Shown piece after piece: positions 56,432 through 64,000 of a stretch of 64,000 bases of DNA. The first letter of the stretch is position 1; every line of letters starts with the position of its first letter. Under the pieces are notes generated by a model. The model was not told where the DNA came from. It searched no databases and saw nothing but the letters and a program-made list of their open reading frames with translations. A program made the position numbers and the translations under genes. The stretch is taken from the NCBI GenBank assembly GCA_963842525.1, contig CAWJGT010000003.1, forward strand, positions 448,001 through 512,000. Reading direction: 5' to 3'. The stretch comes from an uncultured Holophagales bacterium. Lineage in GTDB: Bacteria; Acidobacteriota; Thermoanaerobaculia; Multivoradales; UBA5704.

Positions 56432-58063
56432 ATGTCCAAGAACGGGCGAATCGATTGCGTCACGATTGGCTACTACGAGCCGAGATTCGATCAATACGAG
56501 AAGCAGATCCGCGCCTTCGGCGAGGACTCCGAAGCCTACCGGGACCTGAAGTTCAGCTTCGTGGACCTCGGTGACAGGAAGCTGACGTATGCGGAGCTCC
56601 TGAGCCATGGGCACCGGTTGGCGACGGGCGGCGCGGCGGACGCGAAGGACGAGTTCATGTCCGGCGACATCCCGAACCTCGCGGCCGCCTACCTCACACA
56701 TTTCCTGCGCCGCCGGGGGATGAACGCCAGGTACATCAACCTGTTCCTGCATGAAAAGGAAAAACTCAGAGCGTATCTCGAGGAGGACCCGCTCTGTGTG
56801 GCGATCACCACGACCTTCTACAGCCTGAACTTCCCGGTCATCGAAATGGTGCGCGAGATCAGAGCGCACAACGCCGAGACCAAGATCGTGGTCGGCGGGC
56901 CTCTGGTAGCCAATCATCACCGCAGATATCCCCCCGACCAGCTCCTGATCGCGCTCGACGACATGGAGGCGGACATCTACGTGATCGAATCGCAGGGGGA
57001 GCTCACGCTGTTCCAGATCGCGCAGTGCCTGCGGGAAGGCGGCGACCTGTCCCGGGTGCCTAACATCGTCTACCGCGACGAGAGCGGGAAGCTGCAGAGG
57101 ACGGAGATCGCGCACGAGACGAATTCGCTCGACGACGATTCCGTCGACTGGCGCCTGTTCGGCGAGGAGGAGCTCGGCGCCACCCTGCAGACCAGGACGG
57201 CGCGGAGCTGTGCTTTCAGTTGCGCCTTCTGCGCCTATCCAACGCGGGCCGGCAAGCTCACCCTCGCCAGCCTGGAGACGATCGAGAGAGAGCTCGACGC
57301 CATGCGCGACGTGGGCGGAATCCGCAACGTCGTATTCATCGACGATACCTTCAACGTCCCCCTGCCACGTTTCAAGGACATCTGCCGGTTGATGATCCGG
57401 AAGCAGTACGGCTTCAACTGGTTCTCCTACTTCCGGTGCAGCAACTCCGACGAAGAGGCGATCGAGCTGATGGCACGAAGCGGTTGCAAGGGGGTTTTCC
57501 TGGGCATCGAATCCGGCTCGCCGGCGATTCTCAAGAACATGGACAAGCACGCGGCGACCGAACAATACCGGAAGGGCATCACTCTGTTGCGGCAGCATGG
57601 GATCCTGACCTTCGGCTCGTTCATCACCGGCTTTCCGGGCGAGTCGGCGGAGACGGTGCGGGAGACCGTTGACTTCATCAAAGAGACGCACCTCGACTAC
57701 TACCGATCCCAGATCTGGTACTGCGAGCCCGGAACGCCGATCTACCACCGCAAAGAGCAGTACGGCATCGAGGGGGAAGGGTTCAGTTGGAGCCACGACA
57801 CGATGGACAGCCTGGAGGCGATGGATCACATCGATCGCGCCTTCCTGGAGATCCGCGAGTCGCGTTGGCTCCCCCAGTGGTCTTTCGACTTCTGGATCAT
57901 CCCTTATCTGATGGGCAAGGGGCTGTCGCTGGAACGCTTCGCGAGATTCACCGACGAGGCGAACGGCATGCTGGCCCTCGAGATCGCCTCCGTTCCCGGC
58001 CATCAGAAGAGCCGGTTGCAGCGGGAGCGCCTGGGAAGGATCGTAGAGATCCTCAAGAACTGA
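56432..58063 (+). CDS. Cobalamin-dependent (class B) radical SAM methyltransferase, PhpK-like
   Basis: CAFSCAFC (CxxxCxxC); N-terminal B12-binding features VAITTTF, IVVGGP, ESQGE; FIDDTFNVP, FLGIESG, SFITGFPGE; 543 aa. The N-terminus DCVTIGY..AYRDL recalls the PhpK/BcpD family (from memory, not searched). Confidence 0.9.
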   Translation: MSKNGRIDCVTIGYYEPRFDQYEKQIRAFGEDSEAYRDLKFSFVDLGDRKLTYAELLSHGHRLATGGAADAKDEFMSGDIPNLAAAYLTHFLRRRGMNARYINLFLHEKEKLRAYLEEDPLCVAITTTFYSLNFPVIEMVREIRAHNAETKIVVGGPLVANHHRRYPPDQLLIALDDMEADIYVIESQGELTLFQIAQCLREGGDLSRVPNIVYRDESGKLQRTEIAHETNSLDDDSVDWRLFGEEELGATLQTRTARSCAFSCAFCAYPTRAGKLTLASLETIERELDAMRDVGGIRNVVFIDDTFNVPLPRFKDICRLMIRKQYGFNWFSYFRCSNSDEEAIELMARSGCKGVFLGIESGSPAILKNMDKHAATEQYRKGITLLRQHGILTFGSFITGFPGESAETVRETVDFIKETHLDYYRSQIWYCEPGTPIYHRKEQYGIEGEGFSWSHDTMDSLEAMDHIDRAFLEIRESRWLPQWSFDFWIIPYLMGKGLSLERFARFTDEANGMLALEIASVPGHQKSRLQRERLGRIVEILKN

Positions 58064-58086
58064 CGGTCGAAATGGATGGATGTCAA

Positions 58087-61000
58087 ATGATCCGAGATGA
58101 AGTCCAGGAGAAGCACGAGGCCGGCTCCCACGAGGTGTGGTTGGAGAAGGAGGCGGCCTACTGGTCGCAGAAGCTGGCCGGCCCGCCCGAGGCCGTGGGG
58201 CTCCCTCTCGACAGGCCTCGCCTTTTGGTCTCGGGTTTCCGACAGGCCCGCGTAGAGATCCCCGTCGAGGAGGAGGTCCAGAGGGGCCTGCTGCAGCTCT
58301 GCAAGGGCAACGACACGCTGCTCCTGGTCGCCTTCGTGGCCGTAGTCAAGGCCTGGCTGCACAGGTCCACGGGCGCCGAGGACATCATTGTCGGTACGAC
58401 GATCCACCGGCGCTACGCGGAAGCTCGCCTCGCTCAACAAGATCTTGTCCCTGCGCGATCGCGTGACCGGCGCCTCGATGCTCAAGGATCTCCTGCTCCA
58501 GGTCAAGGAAACGGTTTCGGAAGCGTACGCGCACCAGAAGCTTCCCTTCGACCGGCTGCGCAAGCTCCTGGCAGCCGCGCTGCCGGATCCTGTCTCGCCC
58601 CTGTTCCGGGTCGCCGTCCTGATGGAGCAGATCAACGATGTCGCGAGCCTCGAGCGCCTGCTCCCCGATGTGACGTGGATCGTGAGCCGGGCCGACGAAC
58701 AGATCCACTGCCGGATCGAGTACAACGCGGAGCTCCTGCAGGCAACTTCCGTCCAAGCGTTCGGCGAGGCCTGCATCCGGATCGCATCGGCACTGGTCGC
58801 GGACCCAGGAGCCCGGGTCGGGGAGCTTGCGCTCCTGGCGCCGGAGCGGGAACGCGAGCTGCTGCACGATTTCAATGCGAGCGGTCGGGAGTATCCCCGG
58901 GACTGCACGATCCACGAGCTCTTCGAGCGCGAGGCGGGGCGCTCCGGTGAGAAGACGGCCGTCCTCTGTGGCTCCTTGGAGCTCTCCTACCAGGAGCTGA
59001 ACCGCCGGGCCAACCGCCTCGCCCATCACCTGCGACGGCTGGGCGTCGGAGCGGGTGCGCGGGTGGGAATTCTGCTCGACCACTCTCCCGAGGCGGTGGT
59101 CGCAATCCTCGCGGTGCTCAAGGCTGGAGGGGCTTACGTCCCCTTCGACCCCTCCTCGCCAGCAGAGCGCTTGGCCTTCATGCTGGCGGACGCAGAGATC
59201 GCCGTGCTGCTGACGCAGGACCGGCTGGCGCAGCGGTGCAACGCCGGCGAGGCCGTGGTCCTGCGCCTCGACGCGGACCAGCAGCTCTTCGCCCAGGAGA
59301 ACACCGAAAAACTGCCGGCCGGCGCCATGCCACAGGACGTGGCCTACATCATCTACACCTCGGGATCGACCGGGCGGCCCAAGGGGGTCCTGATCTCGCA
59401 TTCGTCTCTGGTGAACTATATCTGGTGGTCGAAGGATGTCTACCTGCGAGGAGAAACGCTGGCTTTTCCCTTGTACTCCTCACTCGCTTTCGACCTGACG
59501 ATCACATCGTTTTTCACCCCTCTGGTCACAGGCAACAGACTTGTCATCCATCGCCCCGAGGAAGGCAGGACATCGGTTCTAGGTGTCTTGCAGGACGATC
59601 GGGTAGAGATTCTAAAGCTGACTCCCAGCCACCTCGCTCTGATCCAGGACCGCGACAACCGGGGCTCGAGCATCCGCCGGCTGATCGTCGGCGGTGAGGC
59701 CCTGGAGTCTGGATTGGCGAGACGGGTGTACGAGAGCTTCGGGGGCGAGGTCGAGATCTTCAACGAGTATGGTCCCACCGAGGCCACGGTGGGCTGCATG
59801 ATCCACCGGTTCGATCCTGAGGCGCAGGACTGTGCGTTCGTGCCCATCGGCCGGCCGGCGGCCAATACGCGGATCTACCTCCTCGGCAAGGATCTCAAGC
59901 CTGTGGGGATGAACGCGCCGGGAGAGCTGTACATCTCCGGGGACGGGGTCGCGCAGGGATACTGGCGGCGCGACGACCTCACCGCCGAAAGATTTCTCGC
60001 AGACCCCTTCCACGCGGGCGGCCGGATGTACAAGACCGGCGACCTGGCCCGCTGGCTGCCGGAGGGCGTGATCGACTTCCTCGGGCGCAAGGACGGGCAG
60101 ATCAAGTTCCTCGGGCATCGGATCGAGCTCGACGAGATCCGCTGGGCGTTGGGCCAGCATCGAAAAGTGCGCGACAGCGTGGTCTCGGCCACCGAGGACG
60201 AGAACGGCAATCGGGTTCTCCTGGCCTACTACGTGGCCCGCGAGGCGCTGGACGTCGCGGAGCTGCGGAGTTTTCTTTCGAGCTACATCCCCGAGGAGAC
60301 GATTCCAAGCTTCTTCGTTCACATGAAGCGGCTGCCGCTGACGCTCAACGGCAAGTTGAATCATCAGGCTCTGCCGTCCCTGAGCGAGGCGAAAAAGCAG
60401 CTTCGGCAGGAGATCGTGGCTCCCCGCAATGCCACGGAGCTGCGGGTCGCGGAGATCTTCCGGCAGGTTCTCGGCCTCCAGCAGGTCGGCATCCACGAGA
60501 GCTTTTTCACCCTGGGCGGCCATTCGCTGCTGGCCACGCAGGTGACATCGCGCGTGCGCGACGGCTTCCACCTGGAGCTGCCGTTACGGGCGTTGTTCGA
60601 GACTCCGACCGTCGCGGATCTTGCGGCGAGGATCGACGCGGCCGGCAACTCCGGGCATGAGCTCAAACTGCCGCCTCTGGTGCGCTGTCCGCGTGACGGC
60701 GACCTGCCGCTCTCCTTCGCCCAACAGAGGCTCTGGTTCATCCATCAACTGGAGCCCGAAAGCCCGGCCTACAACATCCCCGCCGCGGTGCGCCTGACCG
60801 GCAGACTGGACCAGGCAGCGCTGCTGGCCGCTCTGGGCGAGGTGGTGGCCCGCCATGAGACGCTGCGCACCTCCTTCGGCGAGGTCGGAGGGAAGCCGGT
60901 GCAGCGCATCGCGCCGCCGGCGCAGCTCGCCGCGCCGCTCCTCGATCTGACGGACCTGCCGACCGCGCAGCGCGAGGCGGAGACCCGTCGCCTGGTGACG

Positions 61001-64000
61001 GAGGAGGAGCGCCATCCCTTCGATCTGGCGCGCGGCCCCCTCGTGCGGGTCGCTCTGCTGCGCCTGGCTTGCGAGGACCATGTCCTGCTGTTGACCCTGC
61101 ACCACATCGTTTCCGACGGCTGGTCGACGGGGGTGCTGATCCGCGAGTTTGGAGCGCTCTATCCGGCGTTTCACGAGGGCCGGCCCTCGCCGTTGCCGCT
61201 GCTTCCGGTCCAGTACGCCGATTTTGCTCTCTGGCAACAGACATGGATGTCGGGAGAGGCGCTGACAGCCCAGCTCTCCTACTGGTTGGAGCGTCTGGAA
61301 GGCATCCCGGCCGAGATCGAGCTGCCTACGGACCACCCTCGGCTTGCCGTCCCCAGCGGGCGCGGCGGTTCCCAATTGCTCCGGCTGCCCAGGGGTCTGT
61401 CGGATGCGCTGGCCAAGCTCGGCGCGCGGCACGGTGCCACGCTGTTCATGACTCTGCTTGCGGCCTGGAAGGTGCTGCTCTCCCGCTACAGCGGCCAGAC
61501 CGATGTCGTGGTGGGCTCTCCAATCGCCAACCGGAACCGGACCGAGTTGGAATCCCTGATCGGTTTCTTCGTCAATACCCTCGCGTTGCGCACCGATCTG
61601 TCGGGCGGCCCCGACTTCCGCGATCTGGTCGGCAAGGTCCGCGAGGTGACGCTTTCGGCCTATGCACACCAGGATCTGCCGTTCGAGAGGCTGGTCGAGG
61701 AGATGGCGCCCGAGCGGGTCCTGTCCCGCACGCCGATCTTCCAGGTCGTGTTTGCGCTCCAGAACGCTCCCGCGAGCACCCTCGACCTGCCCGGTCTCAC
61801 CCTGTCCCGGCTCGTTCTCGAAGGGGGCACGGCCAAGTTCAACCTGATGCTCTCGCTCGCCGAGAGCGAGGCAGGGCTGGCTGGCAGCCTGGAGTTCAGC
61901 CGCGATCTGTTCGACCCGGCGACCGTGGCCTGTCTGGCCGGCCACTTCCAGACGCTGCTCGCGGCCATCGCCCTGGATCCTGCACGACGGACCGAAGATT
62001 TGCCGCTGCTTTCTCCGGAGGAGCAGGGCCAGTTGCTGGTGGAGTGGAACCGGACGGCCGGGGACTATCCGCGCGAGGCGACCTTGCCCGAGCTGTTCCA
62101 GGACTGGGCGAGCCGGACGCCGGAGGCCGTTGCGGTGGTGTTCGGGGACGAGGAGCTCACCTACCGGGAGCTGAGCCGCCGGGCCCGCCGTGTGGCGCGC
62201 CGGCTGCGCACGCACGGAGTCGGACCGGAGGTGCTCGTCGGGCTCTGCGCCGACCGCGGTGCGGATCTGGTGGCGGGCATGCTGGGCGTTCTCGCGGCCG
62301 GCGGTGCCTATGTTCCGCTCGATCCGACCTATCCTCGGGAGCGGCTGGCCTTCATGCTGGAAGACGCCGCGACTCCGGTCGTGCTCGTGCAGGGATCGTG
62401 GGCCGAGAGGCTGCCCGCCTCGCGGGCGGAGTTGGTGATCCTGGAGGAGGCCGTCCGGGACGAGTCGATGGAGGAGGCAAGGGAGCGGGCCCTGCCGGTC
62501 GCCTGGGCCGAGAGCCTAGCCTATGTAATGTACACCTCGGGCTCGACGGGGAGGCCGAAGGGGGTGGCGGTATCTCATCGCGCCATCGTCCGCCTGGTCC
62601 GCGACACGGATTACACCCAGGTGGAGCCTTCGGACCGGATGGCGCAGGTCGCGAGCTCCTCGTTCGACGCGGCGACGTTCGAAATCTGGGGAGCTCTCCT
62701 GAACGGCGCCTGCCTGGTGGGCATCGAATCGCCGGTGGCCCTCTCACCCGGCGCCCTGGCCACCTGCATCGCGGAGCAAAGGATCAGCGCTCTATTCCTG
62801 ACCACGGCGCTCTTCCAGCAGATTGCCCGGGAGGCTCCAGAGGCATTCCGGCCGTTGCGCCATCTGCTCTTCGGTGGTGAGGTGGTGGATCCGCGATGGG
62901 TGCGCGAGGTGCTGAAAAAGGGCGCTCCCGAGCGGCTCCTCCACGTCTACGGCCCGACCGAGAACACGACCTTCTCGTCCTGGTACTTGGTTGAGCAGGT
63001 CTCGGAACGCGCGACGTCTGTGCCGATCGGTCGCCCAATCCGGAACACTCGGGCATATGTGCTGGACGGGCATCTGCGACCCGTCCCCGTCGGGGTGAGC
63101 GGGGACTTGTACCTCGGCGGAGACGGGCTGGCCCGCGACTACCACAACCGGCCAGACCTGACAGCGGAGCGCTTTGTGCCTGACCCGTCGGGCTACGAGC
63201 CGGGAGGGCGGCTCTACCAGACCGGCGACCGGGCGCGCCATCTCGTGGACGGCACGATCGATTTCCTGGGCCGGCTGGACCACCAAGTGAAGCTACGGGG
63301 GTTCCGGATTGAGCTGGGGGATGTTGAAGCGGCCTTAGCCGAGCTTCCCGGGGTCCGGCAGGCCCTGGTCGTGGTTCGGCCAGGAGCGGACGGGAGCATC
63401 GATAAGCGGCTGGTCGCCTATGTCGCGGGGGAGGCTGAGAGCGCAGAGCTGAGGCGGCATCTCGAAACCAAGCTGCCGAGCTTCATGATCCCCTCTGCCT
63501 TCGTCGTGCTGCCGTCGTTCCCCCTGACCTCGAACGGCAAGGTGGACCGGCAGTCCCTTCCGGAGCCGGAGTGGGGGAGAGCGGAGGCAGAGGTCGACTC
63601 GAAGGCGCCGTGCACACCGGTGGAGGAGATGCTGGCCGGGATCTTTGCAGAGGTGCTGGGTCTCAGCAGAGTGGGTGTGCGCGAAAGCTTCTTCGATCTC
63701 GGTGGACATTCGCTGCTGGCCACGCAGGTCGTGTCCCGGATACGCGCCGCCTTCGGCATTGAGCTGCCGCTGCGGGTGCTGTTCGAGGCTCCGACCGTGG
63801 AGGGTCTCGCTCCGGCCGTCGAGGCCGCGATGCGGTCCGGGATGGCCCCGGTGCCTCCGATCGTCCCAATGGAGAGGGACGGCGAGCTGCCGCTCTCCTT
63901 TGCCCAGCAGAGGCTCTGGTTCATCCATCAACTGGAGCCCGAAAGCCCGGCCTACAACATCCCGGTTGCGGTGCGCCTGACCGGCAGGCTCGACCGGAGG
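58087..64000 (+). CDS. NRPS, 3'-truncated: half-C (Interface-like)-A(Asn)-T-C-A(Ile/Val)-T-C; +1 frameshift at about 58422
   Basis: Starts at the YWSQKLAG..LPLDRPR part of a C domain with no HHxxxDG lobe. After the extra A in GCGGAAGCTC, the frame from 58424 stays open to the window end (AYAHQKLPFD, FDLTIT/LKLTP/NEYGPTEATVG Asn-type pocket, GGHSLL, HHIVSDGWS, pocket DAFFLGVTF). Confidence 0.9.

Noticed and set aside
56432-58063. Calling the rSAM phpK and the locus a phosphinothricin cluster
   Set aside because: No PEP mutase or other phosphonate genes in the window; family resemblance alone does not fix the substrate.

Overview
High-GC bacterial DNA, probably Acidobacteriota (inferred from the ADOP-type permease, HEAT-repeat and ASPIC/UnbV genes), dominated by two + strand NRPS loci. 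Locus 1 (<1-15374) is the end of an assembly line: A(Asn-like)-T-C-A(Asn-like)-T-E | C-T(no A)-Cy-A(Cys)/Ox-T | C-A(Cys-like)-T-TE. An 11 kb spacer holds a - strand ECF sigma/anti-sigma/HEAT/HEAT/ABC-permease operon, a divergent multiheme cytochrome c-TPR plus FG-GAP/ASPIC-UnbV pair, and a phased 21-bp repeat array. Locus 2 (26338->64000) starts with a ~30 kb nine-module NRPS broken by three single-base frameshifts (probably sequencing errors). Its predicted product Ser-Pro-Val-X-Pro-Ala-X-Pro-Val follows a three-module periodicity, and it ends in a lone C domain. A PhpK-like cobalamin-dependent radical SAM gene follows, then an NRPS starting with a half C (Interface-like) domain and an Asn-type A domain. 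This split module around a B12 radical SAM gene is the top candidate for a new system: on-line C-methylation of a tethered residue. All substrate calls were read by eye from A-domain pocket residues and are inferences.
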